DNA of 64,000 nt from Candidatus Obscuribacteraceae bacterium. GTDB taxonomy: Bacteria; Cyanobacteriota; Vampirovibrionia; Obscuribacterales; Obscuribacteraceae. The first letter of the stretch is position 1, and every line of letters starts with the position of its first letter. Positions 38,577 through 49,178 of the stretch are shown in pieces. The notes beneath the pieces were generated by a model. The model was not told the origin of the DNA, searched no databases, and worked only from the letters and a program-made list of their open reading frames with translations. The translations under genes and the position numbers were made by a program. The stretch spans positions 608,001 to 672,000 of the forward strand of contig JBGAHS010000005.1 in assembly GCA_044226015.1 (NCBI GenBank), in the 5' to 3' direction.

Positions 38577-38583
38577 CCAATGA

Positions 38584-39360
38584 TTAACGTTTGCGAAGTT
38601 TGTCAACAAAATTGTTTTGCATTGATGCATCAACGAATTTCGGCAAAGGTTGGCTACCCAGAAAGTGTCTGAACACTGCATTGTATTTGAGATATGACCC
38701 TCGTTCTTTCGCATTCGCTATAGCCCAAATTTCCTTTTCCGAGAGTTTCGGTGGATGTTGATTCAATTGATTTGCTGCATAAATCGCAAATCCTTCAAAG
38801 AACCACATAGGACCCATTTTTTCTTCTTTGCCTTTGCAGATGCGCACGTGCAATCTATGCGCGAATTCGTGTGTGATCAATTTTCTAAAAGCATTTGGTT
38901 CTGACTTTCCATCAGGGTAATTGGCGAAGTAAACGTCTGGCGAAACTGCAAGTAGTATGCCGCCCTCAATCGCTGCCGAGAATGTTTTGGGAATGTCCTT
39001 TGGGGCATCTGGAACAATCTGTCGCAACCTTGCATCCCACTCGGGCTTTGTAGCATAAATTTCGGCAGAGTCGGCCAGTGGCTTGCTCATCAATTGAGAC
39101 CAGCCATTCTTCTCAGCAAAAACGTGCAAATTCCTTTGCGCTTCTATTATCTCGTTGCGAAGTTCATTTCGGCGAGGCTCAAGCGATTCAGAAAGCTTTA
39201 AGGAGAAGTCGAAAACCCCAGGCTCTATTTGTTTTGGTGCCGAGACAGTGATTTTGGCTTCATTGGAATTATTCATCTTCTGATGAGGTGATGTTATTCC
39301 TTGCTGAGTTGGAACGGCTATGCATGTGACAATTATGAGGGCGGGAATATATTTGAGCAT
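38584..39360 (-). CDS. Exported zinc metallopeptidase (HExxH, gluzincin-like)
   Basis: Signal peptide; LITHEFAH; WFFEGFA. Confidence 0.75.
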   Translation of the reverse strand: MLKYIPALIIVTCIAVPTQQGITSPHQKMNNSNEAKITVSAPKQIEPGVFDFSLKLSESLEPRRNELRNEIIEAQRNLHVFAEKNGWSQLMSKPLADSAEIYATKPEWDARLRQIVPDAPKDIPKTFSAAIEGGILLAVSPDVYFANYPDGKSEPNAFRKLITHEFAHRLHVRICKGKEEKMGPMWFFEGFAIYAANQLNQHPPKLSEKEIWAIANAKERGSYLKYNAVFRHFLGSQPLPKFVDASMQNNFVDKLRKR

Positions 39361-39433
39361 ATGGAATCTTGTCTTCGGGCTGTGATGACATAGATCTGCC
39401 GAGAGGCGGTAACAGACTTTACGTTAGTGCAGC

Positions 39434-39883
39434 TTGGCATTATTATGTGGAGGAGTAAAATTAATTCCATCTTCCTTTGTCAGTCTATATAGTGGCAGGT
39501 CTATTTTGTTTGTTGTTGAGCGAAGAATTTTGTTTTGGATGAAGGCGTTTTTGGTTGTAGCAGCCGTCACTGTGCTTGTATCGGCTTTGATTCAATTATC
39601 ATTGCCGGGGTTTTTCAATGTGCCTGAACCAAATACGGTGCAAACGGCAACGCCTGGTCCAGGTGACGAGCACTTCAACGTTTTGATGTTTAGTTTATAC
39701 GGCTTCGAAGCCATTGGCGTCTGGTTCGCCATAACCATCGTGGTTCTAATTATGTGCAAGAAATTTGCTGCAAGCCAGAGGCAAGCATTATCTGGAATGT
39801 CCGTGGCTGTGTTGATGACCTCCATGTCGCTTCCTCAGTTTGTGTTGAATGCTTTGAGCATGATCCATAAGTTCATTCAGTAG
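39434..39883 (+). CDS. Hypothetical membrane protein (probable start ATG 39539)
   Basis: Three hydrophobic segments. Confidence 0.55.
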   Translation: MALLCGGVKLIPSSFVSLYSGRSILFVVERRILFWMKAFLVVAAVTVLVSALIQLSLPGFFNVPEPNTVQTATPGPGDEHFNVLMFSLYGFEAIGVWFAITIVVLIMCKKFAASQRQALSGMSVAVLMTSMSLPQFVLNALSMIHKFIQ

Positions 39884-40163
39884 CGCAAGGAAATATTTTT
39901 CTAGCGCCGAGAGATTATTTTATAAAGCCGGATAATTTTCTTCAGGAATAACCGTACTGAGGTACTTCTATTTCACAAACATGTTGCAATATCATTATGC
40001 GGAGCCGACACCGGAAGCAGCGTAAAAGACGATATTCAGATGATGAAAGACGGCGCCGAAGCTCTGCTACAAGCCCCGATTGTTGCGGCTAATGGCATTT
40101 ATAGCCTCTTTGCTCCTACCTCGAAGAGACATCGATAATCTCCTCATTTAAGTTTGGTTGCTC

Positions 40164-40191
40164 GATGCGCCGTGTTTATTCACGGCGCATC
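40164..40191. terminator. Perfect 11-bp hairpin
   Basis: gatgcgccgtg-tttatt-cacggcgcatc. Confidence 0.55.
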
Positions 40192-40335
40192 CTGGTTTTT
40201 CCAGGACAATGTCCCTGATTGTGATATTGCGGTGAAGACCCGCCGGGACGCTTTTACTGACATCTTCACTCTGCTATATTTTAGGCGAGTTGGCTTGTTA
40301 ACTCAGGAACTTTGCTCTGCTGGGCAAGAGGAAGA

Positions 40336-43300
40336 ATGTCTTTAGGACCTGATTCAATTATTGCCTCTCGCTATAAGCTGCTTCACAAGCTAGGTGAAGG
40401 CGGATTCGCCATTGTCTTTAAGGCGCAAGATCTTGAGTTGGGGCGCACTGTAGCGATCAAATTCCTGAAGGCTGACGGGCAAGATTCTGAAAGTCTTGAA
40501 CGCTTCTTGCGCGAAGCAAGGTTGATTGCTCGTCTAAGTCATCCTAATGTTGTTTCAGTTTATGCAATCGACGTTCTAGAAAACGAGAACATGCCATACA
40601 TCGTAATGGAATTTCTCGATGGAGAAAGCCTCGCGAGTCGAGTTAGCCGCCTTGGACCGTTCTTTGATGGCGAGTGCATGAAATTGTGCCTTGCGCTTTG
40701 TGACGGCTTGAATCAATTGCACGAAAACAACATCCTTCACCGTGATTTGAGTTCAAACAACATCTTTCTGTGCAAGTTAGCAGCGGACGATTCTTTCGAT
40801 CCCAAAATCATAGATTTAGGCTTGTCGAAGGTTCTCGCAGATAATTCTTCCGTTGCCGATAAAAAGCTAACAGCCACAGGTCTTTTAATCGGCAATCCTG
40901 CATTTATGAGCCCCGAACAAGCTCGTGCAGAGGCTCTGGATAAGCGAAGTGACATCTATTCTCTGGGCTGCGTTTTTTACACAGCTGTGTATGGGCGTGC
41001 ACCTTTTGAGGCGGATACTCCCGTTGCGTTGCTTTATAAGCATCAAAATGAAGAGCCAAGTTTTCCTGTACTTAAATGGAGGGACCAAAAGGCTGCAACG
41101 CGAGTCATAAACACTTTGCGAATCGCAATGCAAAAATCTGCTAGTAATCGCTTTCAGTCATGCACAGAATTCGCAGCTGCCTTGCGGGGAGAATCACGGC
41201 TCCCTTCTAAAAATAAAAGCAACCTTGCCTGGAGATTAGCAGCGCTTTCTGGCGTTCTTGTGGTCGGGTTTCTTTCTATGTACGTCTTCTCGATTAAGAA
41301 GAAATCAGCTGAGCTTCCGCAGCCTGCTGGTCATAAGATTTCGCGGAAATCCAGTCTATCGCTGAGCATGCGCAAGCCCGAGTCTTTTTTTGAACTGCTT
41401 GATGTGGTTGAAGATTTCGTCAGGCAGAAGCATCCCAAGGAAGCTCTAGAACTTTTGGATTCATTCAAAGGCAATCTTAACGCTAGAGAAAAACAATTGC
41501 TCAACATGCGGAAGTTGAGTCTTTCTGCAGCTCTCGGTATGAAACATGAGGAAGATCGCCTGGCGGCGAAACTGTATTCTGACCCTACGGTAATTGAAAA
41601 TCATTCAGTTTTGATTTCGCTGATTGATTACTATGTTACCCGAGACCCGTCTAAGTGTCTTGAACTTTGTAAACTCTGGCAGAAGAAGAACCCAGGGGAA
41701 CGCGACTTTATAGTTGAACTTTGCAATGTACGTGCCTTAGTTTTAACGCGCAAATTCTCTGAGGCTGAAAAACTTTTTCCCTCGTTTGATTCGTTCGGAA
41801 TCTCCCAGAGCCCTGACCCTGTGAATGTTGTTTCTCAACTTGAACAAATAAAGCTGGTTGCAAGAATTGGAATGAATCAAAGTATTGATGTTGTTAAAGC
41901 TTGCGATGCGCTCACTGACGTACTTCCTCGAAGAAGGATATCTGACAGGTATCATAATTATATTGAGGTTGCTGATCTGTTAGAAAATGCTGGGTTAATC
42001 GAGCCTGCAGCCAAACTTTGGTTTGCTGCTGCGCACGGTTGCAAGAAGTCAGATCTTGACAAATCTGTTTCTTGCTTCTATAGAATTTGTTCCGGTCCAT
42101 TTTATAGAGATAATCCTGAATTGGTGATTGAATCTGCCAAGGAGTTACTTGCTAGCAGGCATCCTCATGTAAACACTTTTGAGATTCGTCATGTCCTGTT
42201 CGAGATGTACATCGTGCTGAACAAAATGGATGAAGCAAAACGTGTTGCAATGGAAAGCTACGAAACTTTTGAGAATACTTATTCAAGTAAGTCTCAATGG
42301 ATAGCTGAAGATTTGAAAGGGCTATTAACTTGCGAGACTGATGTGTGGCTTATTTCTATGAGCCAAAGAGCTAATGAAGATTGCCGACGCGTATGCCATC
42401 GGGTCTTGGAACTCGTTAAAGGGCGCAAAGAAGCACCGATTGTTACGGCTGCAACATTCTGTTTTCTTGCTCATGATGCAGAAGCTGTATGCGATCACGC
42501 AGCATTGATACGTTATTCAAAAATTGCTGCTGACGATCTTGAGAACATCAGTCAGCCTCAGCTGTCAGAAACCTTTGCTAAATTGCTTTCACCATTTTTG
42601 ACAATGTGTGCAAATCTTCCTCCTCGCGACGCGGTTTACTGTCTCGATAAAATTCAACGTGCCTATAAAAGAGCATACCCGGCTCGTTCGCAGCCTCTAG
42701 CATTACTTGCCTTGCTCTCTACAGCGTATTCAGCGATGCCATCCTCCGAATCGGTAATAAAAATTTTTCCAGATTTCATGAATTCTCTAGAAGAGTATGA
42801 TTTTGCCAACTCTAATGAGCTTCCTGTTGATATGCTTTCCTTAATCAGGTTCTTTTCTAATACCATAGATTCTGCTGAGATTAAGAGTGCGGTTTCTAAA
42901 ATCGGAAGCAAGAATCCTTCTGCAGAAAATCTTGCAGTCCGTTCCCTCGCACTTTCTGAATATTTTCTGGATAGAAGACAGTCAGCAGAGTTCGCTCAAA
43001 GTTTCACCACCTTCCGCGCGCAACTTTTTGATTTGAAGAAATGGAATAAATACGCTTACGAAATTTTGAGAAGAGATGCAATAATTCTGTCTTTGAGATC
43101 TGGAGAAAAGTCGGCTCCGGCGCTTATAAGTCAGCTGGTTTCTGACATCAACGAAAGAGGGCGTATCCAACTCTTTGTTGAGTTATCAGGTTATTTTGAG
43201 CGTTTTCGAGATTACGGTATCTGGGCAAATTTTCTTCGGCAAAATGAGGCTCTTCTCAAGGACTCAACGAATTATAATGTCTCTACTCTCATTCGAGTTG

Positions 43301-43644
43301 AGGGAGATTGCTTTCATAGTTGTGGCGACAACGTTCAGTCTGAACAAGTGTTTGCTGCGGCATTGGCTGATTATCTTGCTAGAAAACACTTAACCGAAGC
43401 TGATGTAGGGAATGATTTAGATCTGGCGCTCCTTTATTGGGGAACTGTTAGGGCTAAAATGGCATTAGGCAAAAATGACATACCTTTGCGGGTGTTCAAA
43501 ACTTTGGCACCAGCCTTGAGTAAATTCAAGTTTGCACAGAAAATAGGACTCAAGAAGTTCGTCGATTTCTGGCAGGCTGCTGCAAAAAATGGCAACCCAG
43601 GTGATCTTAAAGAGGTCGAGGATTTCAGGCGTATTATGCTCTAG
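40336..43644 (+). CDS. Transmembrane Ser/Thr kinase with a long helical (TPR-like) C-terminal region, paralog 1
   Basis: LGEGGF, VAIK, HRDLSSNN, DLG, MSPEQ; TM helix after the kinase domain; start ATG 40336 after AGAGGA. Confidence 0.9.
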   Translation: MSLGPDSIIASRYKLLHKLGEGGFAIVFKAQDLELGRTVAIKFLKADGQDSESLERFLREARLIARLSHPNVVSVYAIDVLENENMPYIVMEFLDGESLASRVSRLGPFFDGECMKLCLALCDGLNQLHENNILHRDLSSNNIFLCKLAADDSFDPKIIDLGLSKVLADNSSVADKKLTATGLLIGNPAFMSPEQARAEALDKRSDIYSLGCVFYTAVYGRAPFEADTPVALLYKHQNEEPSFPVLKWRDQKAATRVINTLRIAMQKSASNRFQSCTEFAAALRGESRLPSKNKSNLAWRLAALSGVLVVGFLSMYVFSIKKKSAELPQPAGHKISRKSSLSLSMRKPESFFELLDVVEDFVRQKHPKEALELLDSFKGNLNAREKQLLNMRKLSLSAALGMKHEEDRLAAKLYSDPTVIENHSVLISLIDYYVTRDPSKCLELCKLWQKKNPGERDFIVELCNVRALVLTRKFSEAEKLFPSFDSFGISQSPDPVNVVSQLEQIKLVARIGMNQSIDVVKACDALTDVLPRRRISDRYHNYIEVADLLENAGLIEPAAKLWFAAAHGCKKSDLDKSVSCFYRICSGPFYRDNPELVIESAKELLASRHPHVNTFEIRHVLFEMYIVLNKMDEAKRVAMESYETFENTYSSKSQWIAEDLKGLLTCETDVWLISMSQRANEDCRRVCHRVLELVKGRKEAPIVTAATFCFLAHDAEAVCDHAALIRYSKIAADDLENISQPQLSETFAKLLSPFLTMCANLPPRDAVYCLDKIQRAYKRAYPARSQPLALLALLSTAYSAMPSSESVIKIFPDFMNSLEEYDFANSNELPVDMLSLIRFFSNTIDSAEIKSAVSKIGSKNPSAENLAVRSLALSEYFLDRRQSAEFAQSFTTFRAQLFDLKKWNKYAYEILRRDAIILSLRSGEKSAPALISQLVSDINERGRIQLFVELSGYFERFRDYGIWANFLRQNEALLKDSTNYNVSTLIRVEGDCFHSCGDNVQSEQVFAAALADYLARKHLTEADVGNDLDLALLYWGTVRAKMALGKNDIPLRVFKTLAPALSKFKFAQKIGLKKFVDFWQAAAKNGNPGDLKEVEDFRRIML

Positions 43645-43745
43645 GTTCGGGGTTTCTTGCGTGTACTGCGAGCGAAAGCGCAAATGATTACTATATTTAT
43701 GGGCTTATCTTGATATCTAAAGAGCAACTTCTCAGGTAGACTAAA

Positions 43746-46700
43746 GTGATGATGTTGCTGGGACCAGATGCAATTATTGCCTCACGCTACAAGCTTCTGC
43801 AAAAGCTTGGCGAGGGTGGGTTTGCTATTGTCTACAAGGCTCAAGATCTTGATCTTGGGCGCACTGTAGCGATAAAGTTCCTGAAAGCCGAAGGGCATGA
43901 CTCTGAGAATATGCAGCGGTTCTTGCGTGAAGCAAGGCTGATTGCTAGTGTAAGCCATCCCAATGTAGTTTCGGTTTATGCAATCGACGTTCTCGAGAAC
44001 GAGAACATGCCTTACATCGTGATGGAATATCTTGACGGAGAGAGTCTTGCGAGTCGAGTTAGCAGGCTCGGTGCGCTTTCTGCCGATGAATGTAATAAGC
44101 TTTTTTTTCAGCTGTGTGACGGTTTGAATCAACTTCATGAGAATAACATCCTTCATAGAGACATCAGTTCCAACAATGTGTTCTTATGCAACGTATCTAA
44201 TGGTGAGCCTTTTGTGCCTAAGATTATCGACTTGGGTTTGTCGAAGGCTCTGGTGAATAGTTCGTCTAATACTGATAAGAAGCTGACTGCAACCGGACTC
44301 TTGATTGGCAACCCGTCCTTCATGAGTCCAGAGCAGGCAAGAGCCGAGGCGCTCGACAAGCGAAGTGATATCTATTCGCTTGCTTGTGTTTTCTACACTG
44401 CCGTGTATGGGAGTCCTCCGTTTGATGCCGACACTCCTGTGGCTTTACTCTACAAACATCAGAATCAAGAAGCTCGTTTCCCCCCGTTAAAGTGGCGTGA
44501 CCAGCAGGCTGCGAACAGAGTAATTGACTCATTAAGGGTCGCGATGAATAAGGATGCAAATGCTCGCTTTCAATCTTGCCCTGAGTTTGCTGCTGCATTG
44601 AGTGGAGATGCGCCCTTGCCTGTGCGTTCGGCTCCTGCCTCGAATCGGCTTGCGATAACCGTTGTTCTTTTGTCTGGACTCATGGTACTTGCTCTCCTTC
44701 CTGCCGTTTATTTCACAAGAAAAAAAAGTGCTGAACCAGTTTTAGGATTCCACAAAGTAAGTCAAAAACGCTCTAATTTGTCTCTCCGGATGAGGAAGCC
44801 GAGTTCCTTCCTTGATTTGCTGGAAATTGCTGGAGATTTTGCAGAGCAAGGGCATGAAAAAGAAGCGCTCGACCTATTGAACTCGTTCACAAATGCATTC
44901 AGTCTTTCGCCCGGCGAAAAACAGATTCTGAATATGCGAAAGCTGTCTTTGTTTGCGGCACTGGGAATGCAGAAGCAGGCTGATGCCACAGAGGAATTGC
45001 TTTATTCAGATCCCACAATTACAAAGAACAGTTTGCTCACCGCCAATTTCGTTGATTATATGGTTTCGAAGGATCCTGCGAAGTGCATTGTCATTTGTGA
45101 GCACTGGCAAAAGAATAATCCTGATAATAGAAGTCTACGAATTGAGCTTGCGAAGTTGCGCGCCTTAGTTTTCTGCCGGAAATATGCCGAAGCAAAAAAA
45201 CTTATTCCGTCTTTTGATTACTTTGACCTTAAGCTAAGCGCGACGAATGAAACTGCTTTGAGCGAGCTTGAAGAGCTAATACTTGTAATAAAGTCTGGCT
45301 TGGGTGAGAAAGTAGATCTGGTAAAGGGCTGCAAAGAAATCACAGAAGCGAATCCACGGCGGCGCTTGCATGATGAACATAAAACCTATCTTGAGGTTGC
45401 AAACCTTTGTGAATTGTCTGGTTCGAGGAAAGAGGCGGTGACTCTTTTGATGACCGCTGCTCGCAAGTGCGAGACGACGAATCCTGAAGCTGCAAAAGAG
45501 TGCTTTAGAAAGGTGTTTTCTGAAAAAGATTTTTGGAATGAGTTTCCGTCTGAAGTCATTGAAGCCGCCAACGGAGCTTTGAAGTTGGGGCTAACGCCAG
45601 TTGAAGCTTATCCCGTGCGAAACGTGCTTATTCACGTTTATTGCAATCTCAAAAAATACGACTTAGCAAAGAAATTCGCGCTGGAGAATTATGATTGGTT
45701 TTTGCAAGCTTATGGAAATAAGCCCGAATGGAGTGCAGTTGAATGTCGGTATTGCGCAGATATCATGGGGGGGCTGACCAGAGCTTTTGATGGAGACCAA
45801 AATAGAGATGAGTTAATCAGGCTGTCAGAGCAGGGGTTGGTGCTGTTTCAAAAGCATAAAGAGGCGGCATCAGCCCATGTCGAGGTACTGCTGAATTTAG
45901 TTAGGAGTGTTCAGTGGGTGGATCATGAGAGGATGGGTTCTTTTTCTAGAAGAGCTGCTGATCAGCTTATACTTATTTCTCCAGATGAACTTCCCAATTC
46001 TCTTAGTCGTAAGATGCCCTTGATAGAATCGTTGTTTTCTGCAATTCCGCCTGTTGACCAGATCTACTGCTTTGACCATCTTCTTACGGCTTATTCACAA
46101 GCTTTTCCAGGGCGGGCAAAGCCACTCAAATCCCTATCTTCGTTAGTCTATTCGTATTCCGTGTTGGGGCAAATGGATAATTTGCGGAAGCTATATCCTG
46201 TCATTTCCAAGTCTCTAATCGAAACAGATTTCAGTAAAGAACAAAGTGATATTACTTCTGTGATATTTATGGTTCGAACCATTGAGAATTCCCCAAAATT
46301 TGCCGATTTCGAAAGTGTTCTTGCCAAAACTGGCAGCGCTAAAAACTCGCCTGTGAATCGGGCTGTCGCGTCTTTAGTTCTGGCTGATTTTTATCTTGAT
46401 GTGGGAAGAACCACCGATTTTGAAAACACCTTTTCCAAGTTTCGCTTGCAGCTGAAGGAATTGAGTGTCCGTGATCCAGTCTATGCTCAGCTCAGAAAAT
46501 GCTCTTTATTACAAGCTCTACGAACTCAAAAGCAAGCGTTTAGCGATTTCGTAAACCAGAAATTGGCTGAAGTAAAAGGAGGAGATCGACTTAGACTGTT
46601 TTTGGAATTCTCCGAGTATTTTCAACACTTTTCGGATTTGGCTGTGTGCGTGAAATTTCTCGATGAGCACAAAAATGAGCTGAGTGATAATTCCAATCCT

Positions 46701-47078
46701 GATGTTTTGGTTTTAAATCGCGTCAGGGGTGATTGCTACTATTTGCTCAAAGAATTCGCTCTTTCCGAATCTCTTTACCGCTCTGTTTTAGCAGATTACG
46801 AAAAACGCAAGAGTCTTACTGGCGCTGACGCTGTAAACGATAAAAATCTGGTTTTGCTCGAATGGGGGCTGTTCGATGCATTGAAAGCCCAGAAAAAATT
46901 TGATGAGTCTTTAGAGCTATACAAAAATCTTGGTGCTGGACTCGTGAAGTTTAGAATTAGAGAGCCAAAGGTGCTGAGGGAATTTGCCGCAATTTGGCAA
47001 GCTGCTGCAACTAAGTTTGGCGACGAAAATGATTTGAAGGAAATTGAGAGATTTAAAAATGCAATCGCTGGAAATTGA
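43746..47078 (+). CDS. Transmembrane Ser/Thr kinase with a long helical (TPR-like) C-terminal region, paralog 2
   Basis: Same architecture as paralog 1; HRDISSNN, DLG. Confidence 0.9.
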   Translation: MMMLLGPDAIIASRYKLLQKLGEGGFAIVYKAQDLDLGRTVAIKFLKAEGHDSENMQRFLREARLIASVSHPNVVSVYAIDVLENENMPYIVMEYLDGESLASRVSRLGALSADECNKLFFQLCDGLNQLHENNILHRDISSNNVFLCNVSNGEPFVPKIIDLGLSKALVNSSSNTDKKLTATGLLIGNPSFMSPEQARAEALDKRSDIYSLACVFYTAVYGSPPFDADTPVALLYKHQNQEARFPPLKWRDQQAANRVIDSLRVAMNKDANARFQSCPEFAAALSGDAPLPVRSAPASNRLAITVVLLSGLMVLALLPAVYFTRKKSAEPVLGFHKVSQKRSNLSLRMRKPSSFLDLLEIAGDFAEQGHEKEALDLLNSFTNAFSLSPGEKQILNMRKLSLFAALGMQKQADATEELLYSDPTITKNSLLTANFVDYMVSKDPAKCIVICEHWQKNNPDNRSLRIELAKLRALVFCRKYAEAKKLIPSFDYFDLKLSATNETALSELEELILVIKSGLGEKVDLVKGCKEITEANPRRRLHDEHKTYLEVANLCELSGSRKEAVTLLMTAARKCETTNPEAAKECFRKVFSEKDFWNEFPSEVIEAANGALKLGLTPVEAYPVRNVLIHVYCNLKKYDLAKKFALENYDWFLQAYGNKPEWSAVECRYCADIMGGLTRAFDGDQNRDELIRLSEQGLVLFQKHKEAASAHVEVLLNLVRSVQWVDHERMGSFSRRAADQLILISPDELPNSLSRKMPLIESLFSAIPPVDQIYCFDHLLTAYSQAFPGRAKPLKSLSSLVYSYSVLGQMDNLRKLYPVISKSLIETDFSKEQSDITSVIFMVRTIENSPKFADFESVLAKTGSAKNSPVNRAVASLVLADFYLDVGRTTDFENTFSKFRLQLKELSVRDPVYAQLRKCSLLQALRTQKQAFSDFVNQKLAEVKGGDRLRLFLEFSEYFQHFSDLAVCVKFLDEHKNELSDNSNPDVLVLNRVRGDCYYLLKEFALSESLYRSVLADYEKRKSLTGADAVNDKNLVLLEWGLFDALKAQKKFDESLELYKNLGAGLVKFRIREPKVLREFAAIWQAAATKFGDENDLKEIERFKNAIAGN

Positions 47079-47225
47079 AGATTTGACCAGGCAGAGTGTT
47101 AGATTCGTTGACTAAAGCAGCTTTCCTTGAACCTGTGGGCAGGCGAAAACCGAGGGCAAAGTCCAAAGCTGTGGACTTCAGGACATGACTTAGAACCTCG
47201 TAAAACTGGTGAAGCATTAGCCCAG

Positions 47226-47528
47226 CTAAAACCAGTCCATTTGAGTCTCCTTAGGAGCTATAGGATTATTTTCTGGAACTTCTATTCCAATGAATTTAAT
47301 GTTACCTGGCTCAAGTGGACCACTGATGGCGAGGAGCCATTCGTGCATTGCGGTGTTTGGCGGGCATACGAGAGTACTATGATAAAAAACGTCTTTTTTG
47401 CTACTGATGAGCTTGACCCTGAGGCTGCTGTCTTCCAACATCATCACAGTGCTTACATCTCCGACAGGTGGAAACTTGCTGGGGTCATTAAAAGGGAAAT
47501 TGCTGGGTTCGTTTAACCGATCTGTCAT
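47226..47528 (-). CDS. Putative immunity protein, paralog 5 (subtype A)
   Basis: FNDPSKFP..YHSTLVCPPNTAMHEWLL.ISGPL.PG. Confidence 0.75.
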   Translation of the reverse strand: MTDRLNEPSNFPFNDPSKFPPVGDVSTVMMLEDSSLRVKLISSKKDVFYHSTLVCPPNTAMHEWLLAISGPLEPGNIKFIGIEVPENNPIAPKETQMDWF

Positions 47529-47540
47529 TCGTTAGGTTTT

Positions 47541-47831
47541 TCAAAAAAATTCTGATAGCTCATTTGGTGCATCGAGGTCTATTTCTTGGTCTTGGAATTC
47601 CTCATACCCGAACAGGTGAAGTTGCCCTTTTCCCATTGGCCCAGTCATTGAAATAATCCAATCATGCATTTTTGTGTCCCTGGGGCAGTTAATCATGCCG
47701 TGATAATGCATTTCATTATCGCTTCGAAGAACGCGAATTTGCAAACTGCCATCGCCTTCCATGATAACGGAGACGAGATCCTCTTTTCTGGGAAATGTTC
47801 TTGAGTCGTTGTATTTTTTCAAATCCGTCAT
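47541..47831 (-). CDS. Putative immunity protein, paralog 4 (subtype B)
   Basis: YND..FPRKEDLVS..RSD..MHYHGM..CP..T.MH.W. Confidence 0.75.
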   Translation of the reverse strand: MTDLKKYNDSRTFPRKEDLVSVIMEGDGSLQIRVLRSDNEMHYHGMINCPRDTKMHDWIISMTGPMGKGQLHLFGYEEFQDQEIDLDAPNELSEFF

Positions 47832-47867
47832 TGTCGTCTTGCTTTCGTCTAGGGATTTCTGGTTTAC

Positions 47868-48146
47868 CTAGAATTCGTTAGCTGCGTTTTCATCGTACTC
47901 GCCCTCTTTCAATCCATCTGCTAAGCATAATTGCATTACCCCTGGAATTATAGGACCTGTTATCTCTAGCAACCAAGAATGCAATAAGGTGTTTGGTGGG
48001 CATGTGATCATGCCGTGATAATGCATTTTGCTATCGCTCCGTAGAACGCGTACTTCCAAAGTAGTATCCTGTAACATAGTTATTGATACCAGATCTTCAC
48101 GCCTTGGAAATCTTTTTGGATCGTTGAAAATTTCTTGATCTACCAT
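47868..48146 (-). CDS. Putative immunity protein, paralog 3 (subtype B)
   Basis: Same motif; start ATG 48146 overlaps the stop of an upstream toxin-tip remnant. Confidence 0.75.
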   Translation of the reverse strand: MVDQEIFNDPKRFPRREDLVSITMLQDTTLEVRVLRSDSKMHYHGMITCPPNTLLHSWLLEITGPIIPGVMQLCLADGLKEGEYDENAANEF

Positions 48147-48290
48147 AATTTTGATTGAATTGCCTCCCATAAGTTATTTCGTTTTGACCAATTCATCGAT
48201 TCCAACGTTGATTCGATTTCTCCGAAGTGTTGTGTCAGCTTTCGAATAGTCTCGGGTCTCCTATTAGTACCTCCATTTGCGATAATCGCT
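48140..48290 (-). pseudogene. Orphan toxin C-terminal remnant
   Basis: Translates AIIANGGTNRRPETIRKLTQHFGEIESTLESMNWSKRNNLWEAIQSKLW*, homologous to the C-terminus of 49175..51379; no start codon for the toxin frame. Confidence 0.8.
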
Positions 48291-48384
48291 GTTTTGAACT
48301 GGGTTGCAAATCTTCATTTGCATCTTGCTTTTGTTGCTTATTTCTATTGATCAACTAAGAGTCTTTCGATCTGAACGCTGCAAT

Positions 48385-48672
48385 TCAGTCAACGAGCCAT
48401 TTTTTTGTGGCTTCTTCATCATATTCTCCCTCTGCTAGAGGATCTACGTTGCATAATCTCATGTTGCCTGGATTCATGGGACCTGTTATTTCGAGTAACC
48501 ACGAGTGCATCAAAGTACCTGGGGGACAGGTGAGCATTCCGTGATAGTGCATTTTGCTGTCACTTCGGAGGATACGTACCTGAAGAGTGTGATCGGTCTC
48601 CATAATGACGGAGACCAGATCCTCCTTTCTGGGAAATTTACTTTTGTCGTTGTAATCGTTATTTCCTTCCAT
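48385..48672 (-). CDS. Putative immunity protein, paralog 2 (subtype B)
   Basis: YND.SKFPRKEDLVSVIME..RSDSKMHYHGMLTCPPGT. Confidence 0.75.
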   Translation of the reverse strand: MEGNNDYNDKSKFPRKEDLVSVIMETDHTLQVRILRSDSKMHYHGMLTCPPGTLMHSWLLEITGPMNPGNMRLCNVDPLAEGEYDEEATKKWLVD

Positions 48673-48895
48673 AGAAACTCTTCATTACCTCCCAAAAAGT
48701 TTCGCGCCGTTTCTATCCGTCTCTTTCCAACGACTCATTGATACTGCCGAAAGTCTCCATAAGTTTCTTCTTTGTGAAATCCATACGGTTGGTTCCGCCA
48801 TGAGCCATTGCGTAGAGATCTGCCACTACTTCCTTGGGTCCTCTAACTAGATTCGTATTCAGCGAACTCCCCTGGGTTTTCTGGAACTGCTGAAA
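48659..48895 (-). pseudogene. Orphan toxin C-terminal remnant with a premature stop
   Basis: RGPKEVVADLYAMAHGGTNRMDFTKKKLMETFGSINESLERDG*KRRETFWEVMKSFYGRK*; the TAG at 48715..48713 aligns with a Trp of the intact toxin. Confidence 0.8.
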
Positions 48896-48899
48896 TTAC

Positions 48900-49178
48900 T
48901 CAGAACCATCTACGCGGTGGCGGATCCGGGTTGAGGTCCTTCTTGTCTGGAGGAACTACACCTATGAGTTTGGATTCGCCTGGTCTCAAAGGACCGCTCA
49001 AGCTTAACAGCCATGTATGCATCGCGGTGTCAGGCGGACAGACTAGAGTACCGTGATAGCTCAGGTGCTTTTGGCTGCTCATAATTTTTACTTCCAAACT
49101 GTTATCAGCGCGTCGAGTGACGATTTTGACATCAGATTCGAGTGGAAACTTTGTTGGATCGTTAAACCGTTCTGTCAT
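48900..49178 (-). CDS. Putative cognate immunity protein, paralog 1 (subtype A)
   Basis: ATGA overlap with the toxin stop; family motif present. Confidence 0.78.
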   Translation of the reverse strand: MTERFNDPTKFPLESDVKIVTRRADNSLEVKIMSSQKHLSYHGTLVCPPDTAMHTWLLSLSGPLRPGESKLIGVVPPDKKDLNPDPPPRRWF

